Under the pieces are notes generated by a model that was given only the letters and a program-made list of their open reading frames with translations, had not been told where the DNA came from and searched no databases. Positions 13,844 to 26,491 of a stretch of 64,000 bases of DNA are shown here, one piece after another. The translations under genes were made by a program, and so were the position numbers. Origin of the DNA: Oculina patagonica (Eukaryota); the NCBI RefSeq assembly GCF_052425735.1, contig NC_135761.1, forward strand, positions 51,956,001 to 52,020,000. The letters are read 5' to 3'. The first letter of the stretch is position 1, and each line of letters opens with the position of its first letter.

Positions 13844-14374
13844 ATGGATGAGCGTATGGTTTGGATCTACCTTGGAATCTACTAAAGACGTTGCACAGTA
13901 ATTTTACTTCTAAAAGAAGTGCAACTCAAATTATCAGTAATCAAATTTGTACTAGGTAAAGTAACAAAGCCTCTAAAGCTTAGCTGGCTCACAGCTCTCG
14001 GCGCTTAACTCGGGTTCTTTAGCATTTGGTGGCTAGGTGTTTCACTAACCCCGAGATAGAATGATAGTCTGTTAAACACTTATTTCACGAGCGTGCGTTG
14101 GATATGAGATGATAGATAGCCAGCGAGGCGCGTAGCGCCGAGGTGGCTTTATACTTAGCTATCTCATATCCAACAAGCGCGAGTAGAATAATTGTTTTAT
14201 TAAAAACGTCCAAATAATCGCAATATTTGAGCTTCCCAGCTGTTTTCCATGACACGTATTGGCTACGATATTTTTGGTCACTGGTATATGAGCTCATATA
14301 CCATTGCTGTTATCCAATCAAAACGCAGGAATTGCAATATACCATTGCTAGGTTTTAATTAATGCAGGATAATC

Positions 14375-14532
14375 CCCAGCAGTTCACCGATACCCATTTA
14401 TACTCCTGGGTAGAGAAAGGCACTGTGAGGGTGAAGAGTCCTGCTCAAGATCACAACACAATGACCCTCTCGAAGCCGGACCGTTCGATCTGGGGTCTAG
14501 CTGCGCATTAACCTTAAGGCCACCGCGCCTCG
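14375..14532 (-). mobile_element. tRNA-derived SINE fragment (related pieces ~9390-9600, 9890-10100, 26130-26262, 39825-39930, 56500-56580)
   Basis: Minus strand reads GAGGCGCGGTGGCC..GGTT (A-box like), then GGTCATTGTGTTGTG..CACAGTGCC..CCCAGG..TATAAATGGG, recurring in the window. Confidence 0.6.
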
Positions 14533-16489
14533 CACAGTGAAACCTGGCATTACTCGGAATTATCCCAAATCACCCAAATCTCTAGATACCTACTTTAATA
14601 TGATTCTTTTAATGGCTCTTAATGAAGCGGAGTTCGCTACATGAGAGATTTACTTGATTATCAATCCTCTCCAGGCACATTAATATCCTCTTTTCAGCAA
14701 CTTCTAACAATCATGGTGTGGCAGCACCGAAACCATGGAACACTATTCCACTCGAATTAAGACCTAGTGATTCCGACACATTTTCAAAAGACACTAAAAA
14801 AGCCTTCTAAAACTACTGTACCTTTTTCCCCATTTTTTAAAGACATTTTTATATATCTTTATAATACTGCTCTTTTAATTTCTCGAATTAAAACTATTTT
14901 CATTTTTCCATTGTCGTTTCTTTCTTCTTTCCAACACAGTTATTGGTATGATGAAGGTATTATCAACTTTTTGTTTGTTTGTATTTAAAGACGGCTGGAT
15001 ATCATTTACAGCCTTTTTAGTAGGATTCAACTGTCGTCAGTTAACATTAGAGATTATCCGCGGCAATGGTTGAACGATATAATTTTCACGTTATGTCATA
15101 CAATTTAAGCTTTGAAATAGTGCACGGGTAAACAAAAATTTGATCATTTAATTATCAAATGATCGTCTGCTTAGTATAGAAATATAAGATTTTGCCAATC
15201 GCGTTTAATTAAACTTGATGATCTAGGTCGGTCAGAACCTATTTGACGTAAACATGTCAACCTCAAGTAGTTTTGAAGATTACTTTTTTTCCCGTTTGTG
15301 AAAATAATTATAAAGTAGTGCTCATATTTTACGTCATCACGTTCCTTAAACTCCGTCTTACAACGTAAAATTAGTTCAGTCCATTCATATTCCATTCAAA
15401 TGTACACGATAAAATTTGTCTAATTTAGAAGTATTGTGTCTTGTTTGTAGTCGAAGTTGTTAAGTACGTTAATGTTTTCTATATCTAGAGTCGAACCTCT
15501 CGTTAAGGACACCTCTATTAATACGGACACCTCCCTAAAACGTCTAGTTGACTCGGTTCAGAAGAGACCAAAATTCACATAAACTGTATCTCTGTTATAC
15601 AATTATACTGTTATATCTCTGCATCGCTGTTCCTTTGATGTCCGTTTAAAAGAGGTCCGATTGTAGTTTTATTTGGTCTCAAATATATACATGCTAACAA
15701 TATAAGGCGTTGTAGAAAGCGATTCATGTTTTCGTTTGAAAATATTAGCTTAATAAAATAGATGTTAGTGATGTTGTAATTTCATAATGTTTGACCACTT
15801 ATGTAAAATTAGATCATAGTATGATAAAAAGGAAATAAAGCTGTACAGAAATAAAGTGATTCTGTTTGTGGCTTTATAAAGAACGTTTAATAAAACATCT
15901 TTGTTTGCTACAGTTTCGTTCCTTCGGAAGGCATTACAGCTTAAATGTCTACTTTTTAAATTCGCTGCGTTAATTTCCGTTATCAACGTTAAATTAATGA
16001 CAAGCTAAAGCCTGTAATTTTACAATTTGAAAACGCGAAAAATCGCTCTACCAGCAGGGTAAGGTTTATTTCTTACGTTGAAATCAGGTAATTTTATCGT
16101 CAGTAGGTTACCCGCGCAAAGGAACGAACTATGATTATAAAAAATAATTTTGGAATTTCTCCGATAATTTGTTAAGGCAAAAATGTATATACCTTTATTA
16201 GAATTCTCATGCAACGTGGAAAAACGTAAAGGGGAAACATTTAACTTGTTTCTTTTTTGAAATAATTTGGCAGTGATATAATTACTGTACTCGTTACTGT
16301 TTTTCGCCAGATAATAAGTTGACCTGAGTTATATTTTCTCGTTAGATTCAAACACTATGGGTTGAAACAGAACAGCAAGATTTTCTGTGAGACAATAGAA
16401 ACCGAAGCGTACAGAAAAATGGCAGCTTGATTGTTCGACGGCCCTGTACCCCAACCAAAGAGACACACAAAATATTTATATTTCTTTAA

Positions 16490-17593
16490 TGTTCCCAACC
16501 CATGAAGTCAAAACAAGACAACAAGTTCAGTGGGAGAAAAGGGGTAAGGGATGAAGTGCTCGAGTTGCCAATCAGAATCATCAATAGGAATCATGCAGGG
16601 TACATGTATCACAGGTTAGTTGGTTGGCAACGAGAGACTGGAATCCTCTCCTTCCTTTCAGGAAGCCCTAGTTCCCAAGAAACTGGGGTCCTAATCTCTA
16701 GGACCCTTGGGAACAAACACAACCACATGCCCTGGTTCCCAAGAAACTGGGGTCCTAATCTCTAGGACCCTTGGGAACGTTCCCAAGAAACTGGGGTCCT
16801 AATCTCTAGGAGCACTTCATCCCCTCCCGTGGTTTATTAACTATAAGAAAAGACAATGCTTAGTTAAGATGGTCTAAAGCTATTGAAGCAGTTCAGAAGA
16901 GGCAGTAATCGAATAACAGAGTGGTCGAGTTAGTATATGCCAGCTCGACACTAAAGCTAACGGTTACATGTATATCAATATCTCAAAAGCAGACACATTG
17001 CTCAAGTCCAACAGCTCTAAGCCTGAGCTAGCATACAAAATGGTAACAATATAAAAAAAAACAATGTTTCTGTAAGCAGGCATGCTGCTTAAGTCCATCA
17101 GCTCTAAACGTAAGTAAGCATACAAAATGGAAATAATAAATATTAGAATAATGTCTACAAATGCGGGCTTGCTTGTTTAGTCCATCAGCTATGGCTAACG
17201 TTTAAAAATAGTAATAGTAATATAATAAACACCCTTAACATAGCCGGATATGTGCGTAGAACTAGAACATTGCCTACATTTTTACAAATACTAAGCTAAA
17301 AGAGAAGCAAAGAGGGTTGGGTGGGTGGGAATTATTGTGAAAACTCTTTTAGGGAGCTCAGAGAATTTGAAGTAAAACTACTCAAGTCTAGATAAAACCG
17401 CATGGCCTTGATTGACATAATAGAAAAGGGGCGATGTGATTGGCCAGCCCGAATAGCACATCACACTCTAGAAGTGAGTTTGACCTTTGAATGTAACGCA
17501 AGAGTGATAGTCTTGAGCATATAGTGTGACAGATCTGCGTATTTGAATAGAGTGATCTTATGACTTCTCTGAACTCCTTCCATGGTTGTCACA
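16490..17593 (-). mobile_element. Probable solo LTR (~1.1 kb), arm-specific
   Basis: TG...CA termini with short inverted ends TGTTCCCAACCCATG / CATGGTTGTCACA. Internal ~43-bp repeat x3 (16672-16811); AATAAA on minus strand ~16833-16838; absent from left arm (~1607); no clean TSD. Confidence 0.6.
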
Positions 17594-19349
17594 TAAACTT
17601 TAATTTATATTACATATAAATTTGCTTTGATAAGAGGGGTTTTTATTGTACAAAAATAACAAGTACCTGCATGGTTTAATGGCGCTGCTACCGAGGAAAG
17701 AAGTCCACACTAAATGCATGATTAAACATGTTGCCCTGCTTCGTCCCGAGGTGTCTTTTAATTTTCGTTGGTTTTGCACGTTCGCTTGGCGTTGTGGGAA
17801 TGCCCCCGCCCTCCCTGTTTTTCCGCCGTAACGCCTTAACCGTCCGGCTGATCGGCGCCTGGGGACGAGGCAGCTTGTTGCCAACCACCCCGGATTACCA
17901 ATGAACGCTCATTAAATCTGTTAGCTTTATGCACCATAAATTAGAAAAACGGACCCAGCAGGACACAGGTAAAGCCCAAGTCGCTCACCTGCCACATTTA
18001 TACAGCTATATTGTAAGGTAACATCAGTTTTAATCTTCAACAAGAATATCACTGTTACTATAAGGTTTGTGAGTTAATCTTAAAATTGAAGATCCACTTT
18101 TGTCAGTGGACGATTCCACAAGTCTGCAACTTTTCTCGCCTATAGGTAAGATTGACCCTTACATCCTTCATTTTTAATTTTTTTAATTTAAAATTATCAA
18201 AAACAATGTGCCGACTTGTTATGATATTCTTATATTCCTTCGCAGGTCTTTCGAAATGCCTTACATTTTAAAAGTCAACTTTTTTAAATTCACCAACGTT
18301 AATTTCACAGTTTAAAAACGCAAACGATCGCGTTTGAATAGAATACTCCGAAACATGCATTTATAAATTTAATTAAATAATGAACTCGCAGCAGCCATTA
18401 GCCGTTAGCTAAAGTTTTTAGCCATATTTTTTTTTCGTCAACCATTTGTGGAGGTGATTTCTACTAATTATTTAAAAAAACAAGATTGGGTCGAAATTAC
18501 TAGTCGCAGACGATATTGCAAAATATTTGTTCCACTGTCACTTGCCATGTTTATTGTTTTGAGACACGGTGACTATTAATTTATTTAAAGCATATATATT
18601 CTGTTGGCAAATTTCTATCTTGTTCAATCTGAACAGGTAGTGAGATTCAACAAGATAGTGCCTAGGACATCAAGAAAGCACCTTTCCGACAAAAAAAAAC
18701 TGAAAGATATTTTTTCATCGAGAGCTCCAAATAAACTTTATTGAGTACTTGCAATAGACTGCAGGATACAAGAATGCCGTGATTAATATTTAAGTTTATA
18801 TTCTAATATTTTCCTTGAAATTCATCGCATGCGTGCAACCGATGTAAAGGATATCACCTAGGTGATATGCTTCTAACTGAATCAACTTAATCGTAAAACA
18901 AAACACTTTTCAATGATTCTGTTATGTTCAGAAATAATCAACAAGGGGAAGAAGTTTCCAGTGAGAAAATCGTACTGTTGGCATTCTTTGGTTTTACCCT
19001 GACCAAGCTTGACATTGATGATGTAAATTTGTAATGTGCTAAAATTGTCGTCCAATTAAAAGACGAATTGCTTCTTTCTATTTTAACAATATTTGTTTAA
19101 AGTACAAACAAAATAAAGGATATTGCAGTTACCGTCATTCAGGCCAAACCGGGAAGAAATGTTTATCTCTGAAAAGGCAAAACATGATCCGAAACACCGA
19201 AAAAAATGATCCTGCGATCAATTTTTTGCTCAGGGAAAAGAAATATAACTCCCTCGTGAATCATCAAGCCATCATGTGGATGAGTTTATACTACACATAT
19301 TGTGTAAAAGATTGTGCTCTGACATAACTGTTTGACATGGAAAAAATAT

Positions 19350-19665
19350 ATATATATATATGTTATTTGCCGGCTGGGAGGTCCGTATAGTGAAAAACTG
19401 TGACCGAGGTCTTGAAAATGCTGCCCGAGGCCGCAGGCCGAGGGCAGCATTTTCAAGGGCGAGGTCACAGTTTTTCACTATACGGACCGACCCTAAGCCG
19501 GTAAATAACTTATCTATTTTTTTTTCAACTGTTTCAATTTTCGTAAACACAAGACAAAAACTCACGAAAGCGTTACCGTGGCCCGTGGGCAGATATAGGA
19601 GAATCTTGCCCGCGCTAAGAACCAATCAGATTGCAGGATTCGTTACCGTGCCCTCTGATAAAAAA
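19350..19665. mobile_element. Palindromic non-autonomous element (Crypton-like)
   Basis: ~160-bp palindrome centred on CCGAGGCCGCAGGCCGAGG; AACCAATCAG near distal end. Confidence 0.6.
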
Positions 19666-20219
19666 ATAAATTAATTTATTGTTGACAGTGTAATAAAACA
19701 ACTGACTTTCAAATCGAAAGAGATAATTTTGAGCTTAGGTTGATAAAAAACACCAAAAAGGTAATAGTAACTAAGGGATAATTGAGACGGTTGCAGAGAA
19801 AAAAAATTAACTATTTTTTTAACGTGCCACCCACGCCAAAGCCTCCTTTAATTACTTTTGCAATGGAAACATAACCTGCACTATGGCATTCTCGCCATGG
19901 GTCACATGTAGATTATTAGTTCCAACTGTTGAAGGCAGAATCATGCAAATACCAGATAAGGTCCGGTAAACTTCAAATTCATTCTGACAAGCTATCAATA
20001 ATGTAACAAGCTTTATCTAATCATTTATATTTTGTCCTTTTGGCTAGTTTCCAACGCTGTAATTTAACATAAGCTATAAAAAATAGATTTCAATAAGTAA
20101 AACTTTGGTAAGCTTTTAATCTTGCATATCAGTTTTAATCGGTTTTTAATGTCGGTTTTTACCTGCATCTCACCTCACCAAAGTTACAGGTAGCTCGAAT
20201 TAATGGTTCATGTTACCAA

Positions 20220-20271
20220 CAACATTATAGCTATGAATCAACATTATAGCTATGAATCAACATTATAGCTA
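20220..20271. repeat. 19-bp tandem repeat x2.7 (CAACATTATAGCTATGAAT)
   Basis: Directly visible just upstream of the splice acceptor preceding the ATG. Confidence 0.9.
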
Positions 20272-20316
20272 CCGTTGTTGTTTTTCAGACTCCACTCGGG
20301 AAACGAACATCCGAAG

Positions 20317-23300
20317 ATGTCATTGCGAGGACTCGTTGGAATCCCTGGTATTTGCTTTCTCTCAATCCTCCAGTGTATTTCAACTCTGGCTCAGTGTCCT
20401 GCATCAATATACTCTGTGTTCGGTCACCATCTTGGCAACCATGTAATGTCATCGAAAGCGTCTTTAGACCTGTCCGGTTGTATTGAGAAGTGTTCAGAAG
20501 AGTTTTACTGTAGGAGCATCAATTACGGCATTCTTAGAAAGTCATGCGATTTGAACAGTGCAGACAGATATAGCCATCCACAAGATTATGGTCCGCGAGA
20601 GGGTTACGTTTACATGGACGGAGTCAACAGACGTCGAGGCAAGGTATTATAGTAATTAAATATGCTAACATTTAGTAATTAATCGAAAATGGCATATTCA
20701 TTGCGAAGAAGAAGAAGAAGAAGAAGAAGAAGAAGAAGAAGAAGAAGAAGAAGAAGAAGAAGAAGAAGAAGAAGAAGAAGAAGAAGAACGCATTTAGTGA
20801 AACTAATAGAAACAGAATATAATTTATATCGATGCATGTTCCTAGGATAAATGAGCTGTGACGCGAGCTTTGCTTGAATATGGAATAAATAGGGTTGAGA
20901 AGGCTAGAATTAAATAATACAAGTGACTTGGAGAAAATTGGCCACGCATGTGGCAGTTTTAATTAAATCAATTATCTCTAAGTCTTAACAAAATATAGAA
21001 AATCTGAACAGATTAAACGATAATGTAAACGTGGGGCGCCAAAAAACGCCACCATAACAATAAAACGAACAGAAATGAATAAACATTCGGAAAAACGGCT
21101 GATAGCAGGGAAACCCGTTGGTTGGCGATAAGGGGTGGTGGAGGGAAATATTTTCTTGAGCTCTCGACACTTCAATGGCGAGGAATAAAAGGACGAATTA
21201 AGCGATTGCTCCTGCTTTTACATAGCAAACTCCGCCCTAAAATGTTATTGGTTAATCTTCGTACCTGGTACGGAACCTCCCAACGGGTTATCAAATGAAC
21301 ATGCCTCAACATAAACAACATTATGTCTAGACATAAAATTTGGTTTTTTACAACCCTTGCAAATATTCTTTTCGTTGTTACATATTTAAAAATATATTGT
21401 GTTCATATTGATTTTTAGTGATTAACTAATTAGAAAATTAAAAACTAAAAAAAACGACATTCGACGTAGATAAAAAGTACTAAATAATGCCAAGAATAAA
21501 GAATGGCACTTTTATAGCCTAGCTAGACTTATTTCTCCTCTTCGTTGTGCTAATGTTCAAAACAGTTATTACCAAGTTCTTAATCCATTTTAACCTTTTT
21601 CAGAAAGGTGGATTCAAATCGTGTGCGGAGATCCAGCAAGAATATTCATCGGCGCAAAGTGGTTATTACTGGATAGTTGTTAAAGACAGTGATGTCCAAG
21701 TTTATTGTGACATGAAAAACTACGGTGGGTGAAAATTTTGCGTAACACTGTTTTCCTTCATTCTGGAAGTTTGCCCTCATAAATAATAACAATGATAATA
21801 GTGTATTAATTTTAAAGCGCAGGCTTCCAAATAATGTTCAGTGGCGCATAAAAATTGCTGTGTATACAAAATATGTAAAATGACTGAATCATTGCTGCCT
21901 CGTACCCAGACGCCTCTCTCTTCTTTGTTTGCTTATTTCTTTGCTTACCTTTTTGTTATTCTCGTTTAATGTCTGCAAATACCACACTCTGGCTAAACCT
22001 TATCTTACATCTTACCTTATCTTATATCTTATCATATTTCTGTTTCTAATATTTAGATGGCGGGTGGACCTTGGTCGTGAGCATAAGCTCCAAAAACAAT
22101 GACCATCTTCAAAGAAATGCTAACAACTGCTGGAGCCCAAAGCTATGTGTTTTGAAAGGAGACCCTAACGTTATTGAGGCCCGAAAAATGAATGACGAAG
22201 ACATTCGGAAACTGGCAGCTACACACGAAGGTGACAACACTCTTCTCATCTCCCTCCATACTATTTTTTAACTACTTTTATGGCGGAATGCCTCAAGAAG
22301 TCCCATTTGTTTCGTTTAGGTAATTCCCCTAAAACAGAACTGAGCATATATTTTCAGCCAAACTTTGCTACTGGTTGAAATAAAAAGGGGGTGGGGTGAC
22401 AATTTTCGTTTAGGAGCAGGAAGACCATGTGAATACCACAAACTCAACTAGTTTAGCTTTTTAGTTATACTGAGTAAATTTACGAATTTTTGTTTGAATA
22501 TATGTTTGAAATATAAATTTGTGAGGTTGCCTCAGGCCAAAGAACTCAACACAAGGAATCCGCTGTCCAGCCATCCTTCTGCTGGACCAGCGCACGTTGC
22601 ACTAATACCTGGAATGGACAAGGATGCCTGACATTTTTGTTTTAAAAATACCTCTGTCATAATTTAATGTTATTTATGCATGTTTTTTTTACAGGGACAT
22701 TTAGATTAGATAAGTTGGACAACGGAGTAACAGCGTTTTATCAGGTGGTTTATAATAACTTTTTGAAATCTTATTCTATGTTTGAAGTTTTGTCTGCAGT
22801 TATTTCTATTTTTTGAATTTGTTTATCACATTTATTTTTCATTGTTAAGCGAGGAGTGTTTTGTAAGAATTTTTTCAAACATATGACTGGCTAATGCTAA
22901 AATAACCATTTTACCCCAAATTAAACGATTACCTTTTTTATTTTCACTAGAATAATTCATCCGATCTTACTTTTGAAACACTAAATTTTTGTTTTACATT
23001 GCAAAAGGTACAATATTAATGCAAGGAGAGGCAAGCTACAACCCCAGACAAAAAGAGTTGGGAAGGTTGTAAAACATGCCCGATTAGAGAGAGTTGCAAA
23101 TTCAATTTAGCAATCCCCATTCCTGTACTGCTGTAGGATCCCCCCGTCCCCCCCTTTTTTCAGGGTTTGTAGGCGACTTCGAGTGGAGGAGAGTGTGCAC
23201 TTTTGTAACATATGTACGAGAAGGTCGTGCGATTTCCTATACTTACAGTTATCACAAATGATTGTTAGATTCCCAGTGGACCCGTCAACTTCGATTCTTC

Positions 23301-25575
23301 ATGTGATGGACCAAGGTACGAATTTATTTTGTAAAGCAAGTTTACATTTCAAATGGCTCTGAATCAGTTAAATTTTAGAGGGTATAATAGCTTATAAAAC
23401 AGTGTGCTTTCATTGATATGACCGAATTTAAAGCAATACAACATGATGATGAATTGGGACCACAAAAAACACTATTTATGACTTACTGCATATTTTTGCC
23501 GTGCAAGGGAAGTAATCGTATAAGCGAGTGTCGATTCAACAAATTATTTTGTCTTAGCTGCCCACGTGTCATCACTTCGCATTATTATCCTTACAACTGG
23601 GAGACCAATAACTGCACTACAACTGATGTAGGATATCTTCTGGCAGTTCACCATAAAGGTACCTTTAACTATAAATTTGCCTGAATACCACAGGTACATC
23701 CTTAGCCTTAATTAGAAACGAACCCACAGTCAACCTCTTAACCCTATTCAGACCGGGGGGGGGGCTTTTGAGGCCCGCGCTGACTTTAAACTTTTATAAC
23801 TTTTTTAAGATTTAACCAAACGCTGCCAAACTTTCTAAGTTTTCCTAAAATTTATCTGGCAACAAATTGGTAGGGTTGGATGATGTGTCAGGAACTTGAC
23901 ATCACCATGGCAACGGCCTTTTGACAGGCATGTTTTCCCAAATTTGTAATTTTGCGTGTTTCTGTTAATAAAAATCAACTTAAATGACATTATTTTTACA
24001 TTTTTACGGGTTTAAAGCACATTTTTATTCATTTTGAGTACTTTGCAATGATTTTGGGTGGTTTTCTGGCATTTTGGAAAAATTTTGAAATCCAAGATGG
24101 CGGATCCAAGATGGCGGCTGTTTTGAGATCATGATGTAATTGTCACGTGAGATGACGTCACCATCCCACGTGACGTATACCAAAAGAAAGAGTTTCGGAC
24201 GTACAATACATCCTATAAGTTTCATGGTGATTGCTTAAATATTCTGGAAGTTACATAGGGGGGGCTTCCGAAGCCCCCCCCCCCCCGGTCTGAGAAGGTC
24301 CAAAAAAGCCCGGTCTGAATAGGGTTAACACGATCATATATTCAATCATTCGTTCGTTCGTTTATTCGTTCACTGACTTCATTTTGCAAAAGCAATAAAG
24401 AAGGTTAATTTAATACTTGGTGATAAATGTCAGAGAGCGTAGGACAAAAACAGCTGTGCAACGAGAGACTCGTTGTGAGCTGGGCCATTTACTAGGTACT
24501 GCCAGAATCAACAATGTCGTCGACAGGATCTAGTTTTATAAATAACAAAGGTTGTGAATTTTAAATTCGGTGATAAATGATAAGGATAAAAAATCATGTT
24601 CAATGTGTCATGAGCTTGGGACAAAGAGAAAATCTGAGTTACGACGGGAATCGAACTGACCTTAAAATTTACCACCTTCATCATTTATTACACACTTTAT
24701 CCTAGCAGTATGCAGGACGCGTGTCACAATAAACTTAGTATATATCCCAGCTCACCACGAGTCTCTCGTAGCTCAATTGGTTAGAACGCCCAACCGGTAT
24801 CTGGGAGGCCATGGGTTCGACTCCCGCGGGGCCTAAATTTTTAATTTGTCCCAGGTTCATGACATATTGAACAGTTTATTTATATCATTGACTGTACAGC
24901 TTGCTTGGTTGCTTGCTGGCCTTCTTGGTTCATTCGGTCGGTCGGTCGGTCGGTCGGTCGGTCGGTCGGTCGGTCGGTCGGTCGGTCGGTCAGTCGGTCA
25001 GTCAGTCAGTCAGTTTACGACAGTTATCCAATTTACTTTTATAATTTGTTTTTATTTTATTTTTTTGTTTGTGCTTGTTTGTTCTTCTGATATTCATATT
25101 TTATATAAATTTATTAACAGTTTTTGACGCCAAAGACAATAGAGAATGTGGTTTCTTGTGGAAATCATCCCTGTACAGTAAGTTAATACCACAAGTCTAG
25201 TAGTATTATTGTCTAAAATAAAATTGAATTCTGCTTGTTATAACAATCATCGTTAAAAAATGTTAAAAAAAACATCACCTTACTTACGCATCTGGATTTC
25301 ATCAACAATTAACCTGTTACCTTGCGTCCATTTGTATTATTTGCTGGATCTACTGATTTGTGATAAATCACAGTTTTTGACGGATTTGTTCCGATGTATA
25401 GCACTAAAAGCTGTAAAAAGGATATCTCAAGTTTGCTTTTGTTGAATTTTTTATCTATTTTTAATTTATCTATTTTCAATAATTGTTTACAGACAGCAAG
25501 CGTGGCTTGTATGGATATCCCAAAAACAGTCTTGGGATATGGGCTAATAGTGAGGGGCTGCTCTACGTAAAGTAG
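20317..25575 (+). CDS. Secreted PAN/apple + fibrinogen-related (intelectin-like N-subdomain) protein, ~319 aa, 8 exons (20317-20643, 21604-21724, 22057-22230, 22695-22744, 23269-23315, 23558-23658, 25121-25177, 25493-25575)
   Basis: Signal-like N-terminus; PAN pattern CIEKC..CRSINY..CDLN; FReD start KSCAEI..SGYYWI..VYCDM..GGWTLV. All junctions GT-AG; exons sum to 960 nt with an open frame. Confidence 0.88.
20705..20788. repeat. (GAA)n microsatellite
   Basis: Direct. Confidence 0.98.
23742..24324. mobile_element. piggyBac-like MITE in intron
   Basis: TTAA TSD; TIR CCCTATTCAGACCGGG / CCCGGTCTGAATAGGG; second copy at 40483-41819. Confidence 0.85.
24700..24870 (+). mobile_element. tRNA-like repeat (second copy 58128-58326; inverted degenerate copy ~24440-24660)
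   Basis: TAGCTCA..TGGTTAGA A-box and GGTTCGA.TCC B-box, with conserved upstream ATCCTAG.AGTATGCAGGACGCGTGTCACA. Confidence 0.7.
24935..25013. repeat. (GTCG)n/(GTCA)n microsatellite
   Basis: Direct. Confidence 0.95.
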
Positions 25576-25891
25576 AAAATCGCCGAACATGATAACAAAG
25601 TAGGCGTCATCTTTCTGCCACTGGAACTGCAGAACTGAAGGAATTCCCATACTGTTTTGATGAAAGCTATTTAATCATTAGTCCACGGGAACCTTTGCAA
25701 ACTTTTTCGACTTTGATTCCTGCAGCGACGGTTATTACAGCATAGCAAATTAGTTAACTATTAAGTTGACCTTATTTTACACTTTTCTGACTTCACTTAT
25801 GTCAATCCAATCTTAATTCGGAGAGGTTACCTACTATTTACAATTGACGGTTTAATACTTCTTTAGTTCCTCTGATCTGTTGTGCTCCATT

Positions 25892-25978
25892 TTACTCCGT
25901 ACTCCATTCCCTATTCCTCAGTTGTCGTCTATTGACCTTACCTACTGTAGTTTTAGGAAGATCCTCAATTAATTCCAT
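25892..25978 (-). pseudogene. Orphan terminal exon of an acyl-CoA synthetase (ACSM-like AMP-binding C-terminus)
   Basis: MELIEDLPKTTVGKVNRRQLRNREW matches the ANL-superfamily LPKTxxGK motif; preceded by acceptor ttttaaAG; no other exons recognised. Confidence 0.65.
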
Positions 25979-26261
25979 CTTTAAAACAAAGTAGCGGTTC
26001 AATATATGTATGGAAAGGGTAAAGTCCGCGTTCGAGTCTAGTGGAACTTTCAGTCGGCGTTTAGTTTTCTGAAGCATGAAACAGCAATGAGCTTTTCAAC
26101 TCCTCCTCCATCCCCACCGAGCCCACTGCATGGGGTTCTAGTCCTATCAAATGGCTACCCCCTATTATTTAATTTATCAGTAGCCATTGGTATGCCTGGT
26201 TTAAGAGAAGTACTGCAAGCAAAATGGCCTAGGCCAGGGCTCGAACCGGAGACGCTCGATC

Positions 26262-26491
26262 CTGGTGCTCCAATTTTTGTCTTCAATGTTAACCACGACA
26301 CTGGCGAGGTTGAAGTTGAAGAATGCGTTTATTTCTTACATTTCTATGGAGACGAAACGGACGGAAAGTTTCGCGGGAAAGCGGTGTCATTTTCCACCAT
26401 TATTCGAAATCTTCAGCTCCAGGCTACTCACAGTGAACTGGCTGCTGCTTTAGCTGAGGTAGGAAACCCTGACGAGAATGCAGAGCACTGA
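26262..26491 (+). pseudogene. 5'-truncated copy of the serine protease C-terminus fused to a SINE fragment
   Basis: GAPIFVFNVNHDTGEVEVEECVYFLHFYG... near-identical to 32970-33197; catalytic His, Asp and Ser all missing. Confidence 0.85.

Larger units (their letters stand above)
12012..19099 (+). repeat. Right arm of large inverted duplication
   Basis: Mirror of 54-7854 apart from TE-sized indels; homology fades near 19099 and 54. Confidence 0.95.

Noticed and set aside
19272-19674. Protein-coding ORFs on both strands (also 42142-42407, 24846-25127, 48413-48676)
   Set aside because: Produced by palindromic elements or microsatellites.
26087-26491. Functional second protease gene
   Set aside because: Lacks the whole catalytic triad; N-terminus is SINE/low-complexity derived.
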